Positions 12,257 through 24,674 of a stretch of DNA of 64,000 bases are shown here, piece after piece. Made by a program: the position numbers and the translations under genes. The DNA is taken from the NCBI GenBank assembly GCA_964658305.1, contig OZ210885.1, forward strand, positions 23,684,001 to 23,748,000. The letters are read 5' to 3'. The notes under the pieces were generated by a model. That model saw nothing but the letters and a program-made list of their open reading frames with translations, searched no databases and was not told where the DNA came from. Position 1 is the first letter of the stretch. The number at the start of each line of letters is the position of its first letter. The stretch comes from Leptogorgia sarmentosa. Taxonomy: Eukaryota.

Positions 12257-13150
12257 TCACAAGCGAATTCGTTCTGCTGCTACATTTTGAGCAATGTTCT
12301 CTTGTCTGGTTGCTATATATTCTCTGTCTATACAAATAACTCGGCGCAAAATTTCCTCGTCGTCGAACTCTTCACCAGCCTCTTGGCAGAAGTTATGGAG
12401 TATGCAGCATGTTAATATAACATCTGGGATGTTTTCAAACCGACTGTCCACCTTTTTCAGAAGAATTCTCCACCTTGCTTTTAGAATCCCAAAAGCCTGT
12501 TCAACCGTAGATCTAGCGGAGGAAAGAGTCCTGTTATACCTGCATTGAGAGCGATTGAGAATAGCATTATTGGTGTACGGTTCCATTAACCAAGGAAGCA
12601 AAGGGTATGCTCCGTCCCCAAGCAGGAGAGGTCTTATTTGGAGCCCATTGACTGTGGCCAGTGGTTCGGCTAAAATATCACCGTTCTGAGCCTTTTGAAA
12701 TATGTCACTAGATCGTAGGACTCTTGCGTCGTGCATGCTGCCTGGATAGCCAATTGCGGTGTCCAGAGATGTTAAGTTTTTTCCAACTACTGCTTGCAAG
12801 ATAACACTATATCGGTGATGCCTATCAAAATAATCAAAGGGTTCCTTTGGTGCAATGATCTCAATATGTGTGCCATCTATTGCTTCTATAGCATGTGGAA
12901 ATCTACATTCATCTTGAAATAATGCCAATGCTCACGTTGTTTCATCACAGCCTGCAGGGAATTTTATGTGATTTCTTGATAATCTATTCAAAGCTTGACA
13001 AAATTCCTTTATGTTCACACGTGGACTTCCCAACATCAAAATGAGCAGCAATCGCCCTGAAACTCGAACCAACTGCCAGACGCCACAATGCAATGGCAAC
13101 TCGCTTATGTGCTGGTATGTCATCTCGAAAAAACGTATTTCTCACCAAAA
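12257..13150 (-). pseudogene. PIF/Harbinger (HARBI1-like) transposase, frameshifted
   Basis: VAIALWRLA HTH region, AIDGTHI, GSMHDARVL, LLGDGAYPL, FGILKARWRIL, CCILHNF. Confidence 0.92.
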
Positions 13151-14054
13151 CACATACCAAATGAATAGTGAACAGTGTCCAATGAATATCAGCGAAGTTA
13201 ATTGGAAAAAATAGGTACACAAAGTGTACATGTATCTGCGCCTATGTAGCTTGGTTACCAGCGATGTATAAAAAGGTTTACAGCTAGGGAATAGGCGAAT
13301 AGCGCAAATACTAATTTCTTTTAAGGCGTGAGGTTGTGCGTGGTTAAAACGTCAGACGTATTCAATACTTGATATAAGCTTTCATGGTATAAGCTATCTC
13401 GCATTCCGGAATTCGCGCAATCATATCAAATTGCATAATGAATTTAAACTTGACGAAATATGATATCGCATTTTATGCTATTGCATCTTTAAAATAGAGA
13501 CAGCGCTTTGCGATTGTCTGTGAAGAATGTGGCTTTCTAAAAACCAAATTTACTCTCTTCAAAACCATATTATAATATATTTATATACACTATATTCTAT
13601 CCATTGATTCATGCAGCATTTGCCTAGACGCTCAAGTGTATGATCGGTATGCGCGTAGTCGCGTAGGTTCAAAACAGAATACTTGAAACTATATATGATT
13701 TCCTTTGTTTTGTCTCATTACAAGCTACAAAATCTATTTTCCTGGGATTGAATGTTTCAACCATTCAGTATGGCGAAGCGGCAAAATATAGTAGATATTC
13801 CGTGATCACAATGACACCGTGTGCAGTCCAAACATGTACAAATGTAAATGCTAAAGTATCGTAGGGAAAATATACCCGCAATTTTGTCAAGACATAAACC
13901 TCTTTCATAACGTGTATAATATTCACTCTGTGTGTTTAAGGTAAAACAATGTATAATTTGCGTCATGATCCTTCTGCTTTGATGATCTAAATTCCATAGC
14001 AAACCTCTTTAATATCTTTAAAAGCAATGCCAATGTATAATTTGCGTCGTAATA

Positions 14055-14500
14055 TTTTTGCGTATCTGCGTATAAATCTGCGGCACGCAGCGTCTCATTT
14101 CTATCCTACTTTTGATATCCAAACAACCCGCAAAACCTGCTGTAATTCTGTCATGTTTACACTTACCAGATCAACATAGGTCTCCGTATAAAATGGCGAC
14201 AAAAGTAGGATAGAAATGAGAAAAAAGTATAATATTTTAAACGATTTGCGAACTTGCTCGCTTCGAAGTTTGAAGTATTTACAAATGTCGAACATGAGAC
14301 ACGACCCCGCACGAATTCAACATCGGAAATTATCGATATGCGAAAAGCTCTGCTCTGATTGGCTACAAGCTAACAGCACGAAGCTCTGATTGGCTAGAAG
14401 GTAACAGCACGAAGCTCTGATTGGCTGCAAGCACGGTTACGGTTACAGTTACAGTTACAAGACGATAGCAATATATCTGCTTACGCTGATACAAAAAAAT
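14055..14500. mobile_element. Small non-autonomous element with terminal hairpin, 31-bp tandem repeats and a GTTACR microsatellite (possibly Helentron/HINE-like)
   Basis: Short inverted ends TTTTTGCGTATCTGCGTA / TACGCTGATACAAAAA. A related 3' end recurs at 15350-15430. Confidence 0.4.
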
Positions 14501-16900
14501 AGGTTCGCAAAGCGCACATGTATCTGCGAATGGTGAAGCAGAACTGACGGATGAGTCGTCGGAAAGCGCAATCGGACATGCTAAAAAGTCCAGGTTGCAC
14601 TTAAATCTACCGCTAAAGTATTGGTTTGCAAGCAATAAATGAACCTAAACTAAAGCTAACCCTAAATATGAAACTAATCGAACCCCAAAGCCTAACGCAC
14701 AAAACATTTAAACCTAGAACTATACTCAAACAGATTTCCTAAATCAGCATGCTGTCTTATTAAATATGCAATGTTTAGTTAGTGTCGACTGTTCTCATAT
14801 ACAGCATTTCTCACCTTCCTCCTTCGACTCTTTCGTGAAAAATACGACTTATACGAGGAAATTCCATGGGAAAAAACTTTCTTTGTGCCTCCAATATGCA
14901 TAAAACTATGGCTTTATACTGAATATCGTGGGATTACCTAATATTACATGTAAATGTCATTAAATTATTTAATTATATTGTGTTTTGGCCTTATTTCAAT
15001 TTTGACCGCCATCTTGAATATGATTAGATTTAACCTGCGAACAGGCTACTTCAACAGAATGTATCCAGTTTTTATATAGCGTGCTGTGACAAAACCGTTC
15101 ATGGGTCGGCCATCTGGACAGTGTGCTCTGTACGCATTTTCAATTTACAAATCGAAAGGCCGATAAAACAGCACGCTGCCGTTTCAAATCCTTTGTTAAA
15201 TTACAACTGCACATTGACAGGGACCTGCAAAGTCAAGATTGATTGCTTAAAGCGTCGTACTTAAACACTGCACTTCACATTTTCGCAAAAATCCGATCGA
15301 ACATCGCCTTCACTCCTCGAACACCGCCATCTTGCATTACGTAATTATAAGCAAAAGCTCGTCGCTGATTGGCTAGAAGCTAACAGCTGAAAGATCATAG
15401 CATAGTATCTGCGTTCGCAGATACAAAAATCCATTTGGTTTTAGCAAATGATCTGTTTGCCCAAGTGCGTCGAGTGCTAGAACCATTTCGTACTAATCGT
15501 GAAATGAATGACTCTGCTGCAAGAACGGTGGTGTTACTCTCTTCAGTCAATCTCCAGAAAACAGCGTCGATTATCTAGTATGAGGTAAATATTATTGGAT
15601 AGGTTCATTATCATGCCTGTATATCTCAATGCGGCCAGTGATTGTCACTATTGTCAAAGTACAGTACAGCCATTATGGTGACAACCTGAAAGGCGCATTG
15701 TGATGGTTTTGTATACTGTATTTCTTGAATTGGGTGGAGAGCCTATCGTTCACTACTTGCACTACCTACAATTTCATGGTGATAACCAGGGTGGACAAAA
15801 TGTGGTGGTAAAGTGACATTCCTTGTCTTTATCACCACTCATCATGTTAATAAAAGTTGTTTTTTCTGCTTTTTTGGTACTTGAACGTATGGTTTCTATC
15901 AAAAGTGGTCGCTGACATAAATTTTGTGCATTGAAAAGGCGGACAGAAATCAGGAATGCACCGAAATATATTATTTTTATCTCCAAAATTATGGCGCTTT
16001 TCTCGATAAATGCGCAACCCTAACCGTAACTAGTGTATAGTAATTTGTATAAAATGCCATTGAATCTAGGTACGTTTAAAACTCTCATTTATCGCTTCCT
16101 TTAATTAACACCTCATCTGGCAGATACCTTGTGATGATGAGCTCCATTTTCTGTTTTGCGCAATAAACATGTCAGACGCGTATTGGCAGCCTCGTACCCA
16201 GGTGCTTTTTTTTGTTGGCGCGCTAAGCGCGCAAGGGTGCATGGGGAGGTCGGGAGGAATTAAGCGCCTGGCAGAAAATGCAAACAAGATGGCGGACGAC
16301 TGTTCAATATTCATAAATGCAAATGATGAAATCGGTGAATTAACGAGTAATGAAAAGAGACCGATCCACGAAGCTGTGTGTTTGGGGAAGATATTATGCC
16401 CAGACGATGACTGTGTTGCGAAGCGTCTATTTTTTCTTGAAAATGGCGTAGGCCATTCAAAATTGTTCAACAAATTCCAGAACACATCTGACTTCAGAAC
16501 ATCCACATCACCACCCTCTGTTACACCAAAATTACATATTTGTTCCATCTCCTTCATTTCTATGGTAATTTGTTCTTTTTGTGTCTTTGTCATTGTACTC
16601 TCTCTTTCTTCATGGTCTTCTAGCTTAAGTTTGCTTTCATATAATATAACTAGGGCAGAGTTCAGTTTAAAACTATGTTGCAGGTTTAACAGATATTTCC
16701 TTGCAAGAGGTTTAGCTGCTTCCTCATTGTTGTCCTCTAATGCTTTAATGACAGCTTCTGCATCTTCCAAAAGGCTATTTTCTGCTGCATGGATATGGTT
16801 TTGCAGCTCTTGAATTTCTTTGTTTTCCTCATAAAACAGCTCCTTGCAGGCAATGGACCTTCTTCCAATATTTTTTAAAGAAAGATTTGTATAGACAACC

Positions 16901-17167
16901 CTGGATTTAACGTTAAGAATAATAGCATCCAGTAATGGTAGTTGTTTTAATTTGGAGTTAGTCAGTGGTCTAAAGCCCCAGTCGAACCATAATGAAAGTC
17001 AAGAACAGTTTGACCACTCATCAACTCTCTTTCACTCAGTTTTTATCAACTTTGAATAGCTTCACATTTTAGTGATAGTTAGTGAGAATTGTTATCAACT
17101 GTCATTCTTGTTTGACTGGACATAGAAAAGTAACAATTTACAAATACATGAATTTTGAAAAGGATAC
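16901..17167 (-). other. U12-type (minor spliceosome) GT-AG intron
   Basis: Donor GTATCCTTT; branch site TTCTTAAC ending 11 nt before the 3' junction; no polypyrimidine tract. Removal fuses ORF 17095-17448 to ORF 16105-16770 in frame. Confidence 0.8.
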
Positions 17168-17892
17168 ATCGATTCATGGTCAATCATTTTTCTTTTCTTA
17201 GATGAACCAGGAAATAAGGCTGTAATTGTTCGTGTGAGAACATTTTTTCCCTCAGCGGCCAAATCTAATAAATCCATTAGCACTGATTGCCTAACATACA
17301 CATCTGAGTCCTCATCATACACCAACACACTTTCCAAGTCAACTGACAGATTCTGTCTTCTTTCCTTACACTGGAAGCTGGACAAGTTGTATGCTATCAA
17401 ACAATACAATTTAAAAAGCCTGTTTAAAATTATCCCTGACATACACATAGTATTACATATAACTATGTCATCTACAAAAAACTAAAACAACAGTATGTAT
17501 TGTATACCTTGCTTATAGTTATATTTCATAACTCTACTATGAATAACAATACAGTATATTTTAGATATACCAACCTGAGGCTGCAAATCTTTTGGGTTTA
17601 GATTCAGCAGCAGCTTTTGATTCTGGCGTCAAATGGTGTTCTCCTGGCCTTTCCTTTACAGGAGTGCTCGCAGTTACAGGTTCTACAAAATGCAAATTGG
17701 CTAATTTGAATTTCTAGTATTGATATTGGGTTACTGTATAGGTGGGTTTCACAAGGCTACACTTCAGTGCACATGGTGGTCAAATATACAAAACAATATT
17801 ATTATAATCTTATTTGAATCTCATTATTTGACCACCATCTGCCTTTGTCTCAACTCCTCACGTGACCTAATGAAACCCAGCTATTTATTACA

Positions 17893-18023
17893 AATTCTTA
17901 GTATAAATATCAAAGCCCAGCAAAAAGCTTTTAAAAGAGCCATATACAAATATAATATTTGTATAACTATATGGCTCTTTTAAAAGCTTTTTACTGGGCT
18001 TTGATTAATTTATACTAAGAATT
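17893..18023. repeat. Palindromic mini-element in an intron
   Basis: Arms of about 55 bp: AATTCTTAGTATAAAT..ATCAAAGCCCAG..AAAAGAGCCATATA and its reverse complement. Confidence 0.85.
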
Positions 18024-19606
18024 CGTTTCCCACCTGGTATCTCTCTGGTTACTATTTATTACAACTACAAGGCAGACTATTACAAGGCAGTATTTTCTTC
18101 ACCATTAATACCCAGTTGTTCGAAGGATACGTTCAGTTCTTCTTCACCAGAACTTGAGGATGCTATTATTAGATAAAAGTAAGAACTCAGATATGTAATA
18201 AACAGAACGAGTTGCGTGAAGCAAAATCAAAAATAATATGATCATGATGGCGCGTGTATTACACGCTGAAAAAATCTAAATTAAGGAAATATTACCTTCA
18301 GGTGGTTGTTCTTGCAGCGATTCCTCAAGATTATCCATTGCTTTAGTAACCAGAAGCGATAACTACCTCAAAACTACCCCATTATTTAGTAAAAAGCGAT
18401 TTGTCAGATATCGGTTAAGATTTGCCAGATATCGGTCATTTTCTGCCAGGCGTCTCATTCTCTTGTTGAGTCCTCCCCACAATCCCTTGCGAAATTACGC
18501 GCTAGACGCCTGGGTACGAGGCTGGCGTATTGGAATAAATTTGGCAATGTGCGTGTTATATACGCACATGCCGGTTTTATTAATTTTTCGATAAATGAAT
18601 TTTCAAGATTACAAATGGTTAAACTAAGTAATTAATTAACACATTAACACAGAAAAGGTGGAGGTAATAACAACGCCACCGAAAACTATAATAAATCCTA
18701 TATAAAAGTATCACACCAGTGCGTGCCAGAAGAACGGGGAGGAGGGTGGGCAGAAACGACTTGATTAGCGAACCTTGCGCAGCCAAAGCCAAAAGCAGAA
18801 TGAGCCCAATGTGAATTCTGCCTGATGTATAAAGCCACTCCTCTCCGTTTTCCCGCCATTACAAGCACGTGATCTACCACTTAAAGTAATCCACTAAAAT
18901 ATGTTGACTATTCAATTATCTATACTTAATTAACTAATTTATATCCCTTGAGGGCAGGAAGCAATAAAATCCTTATTGGTATGCCAATAATTCCTTTATC
19001 GCTTCCTTTAATTAACACCTCATCTGGCAGATACCTTGTGACGATGAGCTCCGTTTTCTGTGTTTTGCGCAATAAACATGTCAGACGCGTATTGAAATAA
19101 ATTTGGCAATGTGCGTGTTATATACGCACATGCCGGTTTTATTAATTTTTCGATAAATGAATTATTAAGATTACAAATGGTTAAACTAAGTAATTAATTA
19201 ACACAGAAAAGGTGGGGATAATAACAACGCCACAAGTTACCTTGGGTAAAGGGGACATACCCCACCCCATCATACCAAGGGATCGCCAGATGAACAAGAG
19301 GAACGACAAATAAGACATGAGGACAAAAGAGAGAAAAACGCCGCAGTAAACAGCACTCGCCCGAGAATTAAACTTTGATGGCTACCGAAACAGTTCGTGC
19401 CCCTGCGTTGAACTGTGAGGAAGACATAATTACAATATACATGTACCTATACACAATGCCGTGAGCCTTGCCCCTGTGTCAGCATCACGGAAAAGCGAAG
19501 AAAGAACGAAAGAGGCGGAGAGCAGTAAAACAAACGGGAAAATTATCATGCGGCGAGAAAGAAATCAGGACATGCAGCCACAATCAATCCCAACAAGAAG
19601 TACAAC

Positions 19607-20509
19607 CTATTTGTGGGCAATACCAGCATGCAGGCCAGGACTACGGATATATTTACGGAAAGCGTCGGATTTCCAACGAACCATCAAACGAATCTGTGCA
19701 TCAGCGCCAATGCGAAAACTGTGCCCTTTATACTGTGCAGGATTCAGACCACAAGTTCGGAAAATTAACGCTAGATAAACAGTAAACAGCTGGCATGGGA
19801 CGGCGTGACCGTCCTCTGTACGAAAAAGTGGGCCATTGGAAAATCCACGGCGTAAAAGATAGGCCTGTAAACTCTGCACTGGGCATACATCGGAATGCTG
19901 CTGCAAGGCAATAGACACAGCACGCTGGTTGTAAGAGTGTTTGAAATGTGTAAACGTCAGTTTGAAGCCGGCTAGATTGCCCGAATGATCAAGCTGGCGA
20001 AGAACACACGTCAACTGCAGAACGTCCGGTGACCGAGGACAACAAGTTATTTCGCCAACACGTAAAAAAACGAAGAAAGCTGTTGCACACATGGCGGTGA
20101 ACAAAAAGCGGCGATAATCACTCCCACAGATAGTGGGGGTTTCGCGCAAAATGGAGCGAAGGATAGGAAGTGTTATGGGCATGCGGGTGTCCAAACGAGT
20201 CCCAAGTTTGCCATAACCTTTCAACATTTCCTTCAGCCAGAAAACCTTGGTGGGGTCAGGCACCCCGATAAGGCGATGACTATAGCCCAGCGCAGAGACA
20301 TAAGTATTGGCGGTGGACGCCGCATAATTGCGTTCAAACAAGTAGGCGATAAACAACCCTAGATCTGAAGATGAAATGGGCAAATGAACCGCTGCAGAGT
20401 GAAAAACAGTATCGGCAAACTGGCGATAGAGTTTCCAGGCCCTGCGGTATGTAGGGATTGATGATGGCTGCAGACTGGACTGAATCAATTTAGACATGAT
20501 AGTGGCCAA
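19607..20509 (-). CDS. Tyrosine recombinase of the Ngaro element (probably damaged)
   Basis: FLRVGEI, FKHS, GHSFRIGA, RWKSDAFRKYIR. About 10 aa usually found between RIGA and DAQI appear to be missing. Confidence 0.9.
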   Translation of the reverse strand: MATIMSKLIQSSLQPSSIPTYRRAWKLYRQFADTVFHSAAVHLPISSSDLGLFIAYLFERNYAASTANTYVSALGYSHRLIGVPDPTKVFWLKEMLKGYGKLGTRLDTRMPITLPILRSILRETPTICGSDYRRFLFTAMCATAFFVFLRVGEITCCPRSPDVLQLTCVLRQLDHSGNLAGFKLTFTHFKHSYNQRAVSIALQQHSDVCPVQSLQAYLLRRGFSNGPLFRTEDGHAVPCQLFTVYLALIFRTCGLNPAQYKGHSFRIGADAQIRLMVRWKSDAFRKYIRSPGLHAGIAHK

Positions 20510-23150
20510 TTCTGTGGTAGCAGTTGAGTTGGGATGGCTGTCGGTGAGGCATGTACACCCACCGGAGCTAGCTGCCTGAACTTGGAAACCTGTAACCCGG
20601 ATAGAGAATCGGCTAAGACATTTTTAGCACCGGGAACATGGCGGGCGCGAAATAAAATATTGAAATTCAAGCAAGCCAGTACCAGTCGGCGTACAAACAC
20701 CATTACAGTCGCATCGCAAGAAGTAGCTTTATTTATAATTTAAACCAATGCCGCATTATCCGTAAAGAACGTAATGCGCTGATTACGCATCTTATCCCCG
20801 TATAAGAGAACGCTTAACACAATCGGATAAAACTCTAAGATTGTGATATTAAGTCGCTTCCAGGCGTCAGGCCAAGCCCCGAAAAACCACTCAGAGCCAA
20901 AGATGCCGCCGTAGCCAAGGCTACCAGGGGCGTCGGTGTATAAATTCAAACTGAGCGAATCGTTCCATGCATCATGCAGAAAAAATGAGCGGCCATTAAA
21001 ATCGAGTAAAAAGGATTGCCAAAGTTCAAGATCCGCTTTTACCGATTTACTGAGATGGATGAAATGGTGAGGGGATTTGACGCCTTTCGTTAAATCAATA
21101 AGTCGACGTAAAAAAGCCCTACCAGGCACAACCACTGAGCATGCCAAATTGAGTAAACCAATCAGTGATTGGTTTTCACGCAACGTAACTTTCTTGCGCC
21201 GCAGAAAAGTTGAAATAAGCGTTTTGCATTTCGCTGTTTTCTCCGCAGGTAAACTGGCTTCCATGCGTAAAGTGTTTAACTCAATCCCTGCAAACGAAAG
21301 AACATTTTCTGGGCCGACCGTTTTTTCAGGGGCCATGGGGACGCCTAAGTAAGCGCAAAGAGATAAGAAACGATCAAGGTTAATACGACATTGGTGAAAA
21401 GCAGGCGCAGCCATAATATAATCATCAAGAATGTGGATTAAATGCGGCATTGACAGCTTTGTCCTAGCAACCCTTAGCAGTGCTAAACATCTCAAAAGTG
21501 CGACACGATAACGCACATCCCATTGGCATAACCCGATCATAATAATATTTCCCTTGCCAAAAAATACCCAAGAGGTCATAATCAGCTGGCAAAATGGGAA
21601 TAATACGAAAAGCACTTTTGATATCGGTTTTAGCCAAAAAACAACCCTGGCCTAAGTTTTTAATCATAGTAACCGCGTCATCCACACGAGCATACTGTAC
21701 AGATGCATCCTCGGGTGAAATACCGTCATTAACAGACGCACCACAAGGAAATGACAAATGGTGAATTAAGCGATATTTGCCAGGAGCTTTTTTAGGCACA
21801 ACCCCTAAGGGTGAGACACGAAAATTAGGAAAAGGCGGGCGATCGAATGGTCCAGCAATTCGACCTGCCGCTAATTCTTTAGAGATCTTTGCACTGACTA
21901 TCTGAGGATTTTGTTGCGCAGAAATAAGATTAGTAGTAGTCAGGCCAAGCCCCGAAAAACCACTCAGAGCCAAAGATGCCGCCGTAGCCAAGGCTACCAG
22001 GGGCGTCGGTGTATAAATTCAAACTGAGCGAATCGTTCCATGCATCATGCAGAAAAAATGAGCGGCCATTAAAATCGAGTAAAAAGGATTGCCAAAGTTC
22101 AAGATCCGCTTTTACCGATTTACTGAGATGGATGAAATGGTGAGGGGATTTGACGCCTTTCGTTAAATCAATAAGTCGACGTAAAAAAGCCCTACCAGGC
22201 ACAACCACTGAGCATGCCAAATTGAGTAAACCAATCAGTGATTGGTTTTCACGCAACGTAACTTTCTTGCGCCGCAGAAAAGTTGAAATAAGCGTTTTGC
22301 ATTTCGCTGTTTTCTCCGCAGGTAAACTGGCTTCCATGCGTAAAGTGTTTAACTCAATCCCTGCAAACGAAAGAACATTTTCTGGGCCGACCGTTTTTTC
22401 AGGGGCCATGGGGACGCCTAAGTAAGCGCAAAGAGATAAGAAACGATCAAGGTTAATACGACATTGGTGAAAAGCAGGCGCAGCCATAATATAATCATCA
22501 AGAATGTGGATTAAATGCGGCATTGACAGCTTTGTCCTAGCAACCCTTAGCAGTGCTAAACATCTCAAAAGTGCGACACGATAACGCACATCCCATTGGC
22601 ATAACCCGATCATAATAATATTTCCCTTGCCAAAAAATACCCAAGAGGTCATAATCAGCTGGCAAAATGGGAATAATACGAAAAGCACTTTTGATATCGG
22701 TTTTAGCCAAAAAACAACCCTGGCCTAAGTTTTTAATCATAGTAACCGCGTCATCCACACGAGCATACTGTACAGATGCATCCTCGGGTGAAATACCGTC
22801 ATTAACAGACGCACCACAAGGAAATGACAAATGGTGAATTAAGCGATATTTGCCAGGAGCTTTTTTAGGCACAACCCCTAAGGGTGAGACACGAAAATTA
22901 GGAAAAGGCAGGCGATCGAATGGTCCAGCAATTCGACCTGCCGCTAATTCTTTAGAGATCTTTGCACTGACTATCTGAGGATTTTGTTGCGCAGAAATAA
23001 GATTAGTAGCGAAAAATGAAACACGATCTCCACGGAAGTGAAGAGGAAAACCAAATTGAAAGCCAGAAGACAAAACAGTGGTCAAAACCGCATCATATCC
23101 ACATAATAATGGGCGCAATCGATGAATTTGAACTGGGGTTGGTAGAGCGT
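20485..23150 (-). pseudogene. DIRS/Ngaro RT-RNase H, frameshifted and partly duplicated
   Basis: KTDIKSAF, HILDD, LYTDA, FTDNAAL, NVLADSLS motifs spread over broken ORFs. Confidence 0.93.
20866..23009. repeat. Near-identical tandem duplication, period 1073 bp
   Basis: 20866-21936 repeats at 21939-23009 with a 2-nt filler; the ORF track is duplicated at offset 1073. Confidence 0.97.
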
Positions 23151-24220
23151 GATTTGGCAGCAGCGGGGGCGGCATGAGTGGTAGACTGTTGGGGACGAAA
23201 ATTACACCGTAATGCGGGGTGAAGGACACCACATTTGTAACATTGGTGTTTAAAATTACAACCCGAGCAGTCTTTGGGAACCAAGGGTCCGGCAGGAAAC
23301 GCATTGCTGCGCACCGGCGCTTGACCCTTAGGAAAACGCGCAGTGTTAAAGTTCTGCGCGCGAATCCAGAGTTCCCAATGCGTGGACCCCCAAGGGAAAT
23401 CACCCGGGTTAGAGTGGCGCAACATACGGAATTGCGTGTCATAAAAACGCCAATCCGCCCCGCGTGTTGCCAAATCACACACGACTTCATTGTACTTCAT
23501 CAACGCCGGTGCATCCAGGGGAAATTTCGATGTGTAAACATCAACGAAAATCTGAAAAGCCGAAGTCCATGCCCCAATATGAGGGATGGCTTTTGGCTTA
23601 TGAGACGGTTCGATCGATAACGTCGGCAACGATGAACCGTGGGGTGAGTTAACGGACAAATGATAACGAGTATCACCTGCCCCAGAGTTTAGCAAAATGC
23701 CAAAATCAATAAATTCGTGAGCCCAGATTTTTGCCTTAATTTTTGGGTTCACGCTAGCGTCGATTGGTACATCGACCGAGTGAAAGGTGGGAAGCGCTGG
23801 TTGTGGTGGAGAGACTTCAATAAAACTAGTCTCGCCCGTAACATTGTCGAGAGCCGAAGCAACTGGCGTAGGTACAACAATATTACTACCTGACTCTACT
23901 ACAGGTACTTCCCTCAACTCCGTCGCGGCCGCTGCTTCGGATCTTGGCGGTGTGGGATGAGGGGACCCAACGCCATGGATTGACGCCACGACAGCTTGGG
24001 AAACGGCGGAGACAATACGTTGGAGCATGTCATCGTTGATGGCCGTTGAAGGACTTGGCGCTTCTGTTGCTGTGTGAGGAGCCAGGGGAGCCAAAGGAGC
24101 TGCTGCCTCAGCGGATTCGGTCGGTACAACCGGTGGGTTTCTGCGCCGAGAAGATGGACATCGTGCGGTCGTTGGTTGTGCTCGTCGCTGAACTCTTGTG
24201 CTGGGGCGAGTAGCAGGCAT
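23093..24220 (-). CDS. Ngaro gag-like ORF
   Basis: KIKAKIWAHEFIDFGILL, WRFYDTQFR, C-terminal CNFKHQCYKCGVLH; overlaps the RT frame. Confidence 0.85.
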   Translation of the reverse strand: MPATRPSTRVQRRAQPTTARCPSSRRRNPPVVPTESAEAAAPLAPLAPHTATEAPSPSTAINDDMLQRIVSAVSQAVVASIHGVGSPHPTPPRSEAAAATELREVPVVESGSNIVVPTPVASALDNVTGETSFIEVSPPQPALPTFHSVDVPIDASVNPKIKAKIWAHEFIDFGILLNSGAGDTRYHLSVNSPHGSSLPTLSIEPSHKPKAIPHIGAWTSAFQIFVDVYTSKFPLDAPALMKYNEVVCDLATRGADWRFYDTQFRMLRHSNPGDFPWGSTHWELWIRAQNFNTARFPKGQAPVRSNAFPAGPLVPKDCSGCNFKHQCYKCGVLHPALRCNFRPQQSTTHAAPAAAKSRSTNPSSNSSIAPIIMWI

Positions 24221-24674
24221 ACCAAAAGAAAAACGAACACAAGGCAGAGAAAAGTGGCACTGTAGGCCAGAAGATGGAAAATTACGGCAGAGGTGGTATG
24301 TAAGAACACATTGCACATAATTATAATAAAGGAATTTGGCGGGAAATACCTGCCAGGATTATAGAATTTAATGATAATTGACACCAACAAAATGTGTCAG
24401 ATGTCAAACAACAGCAGAATAATCTTGGCATACAGCGAAGGTAGCCGCAAATGATTATTCACAGTCACGCTGTAAAAAGTAATGTAAGGGCGATCTGAAA
24501 ACAACATGCCGCACTATCCCACAATATATTGACATCAACTGTGGGCATCTGAACAATAAGTTGCTCTATCCCACTTAGACCTGGATTTTTGCGCATACAG
24601 AGACAGCCGGTCATATATACTAAGTACGAATAGGTGACTGATAAAATTATATATAACCAGCGCCATTCATGAAT

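Larger units (their letters stand above)
16420..18338 (-). pseudogene. Spliced cargo gene with a putative winged-helix (RFX-like) segment and a helical/coiled C-terminal part; 3' end uncertain
   Basis: Predicted exons 18338-18296, 18162-18034 (disrupted), about 17682-17571, 17378-17168, and 16900 downward. The last two join in frame across a U12-type intron. Confidence 0.6.
16187..18524. mobile_element. Non-autonomous AcademH-like DNA transposon inserted in Ngaro repeat B2
   Basis: 16-bp TIR CAGCCTCGTACCCAGG; 9-bp TSD GCGTATTGG (16178-16186, 18525-18533). The empty site is visible in the B1 copy near 19087. Confidence 0.85.

Noticed and set aside
12257..12928. Host HARBI1 gene
   Set aside because: The N-terminal part is frameshifted and the context is a transposon nest, so a decayed Harbinger transposase is more likely.
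18698..18880. ORF repeated at 26123-26404
   Set aside because: Translation of the Ngaro A repeat; no recognisable protein features.
19607..20509. Tyrosine recombinase as a phage integrase or bacterial contamination
   Set aside because: It directly follows DIRS-type RT/RNase H within split direct repeats, and neighbouring genes have spliceosomal introns.
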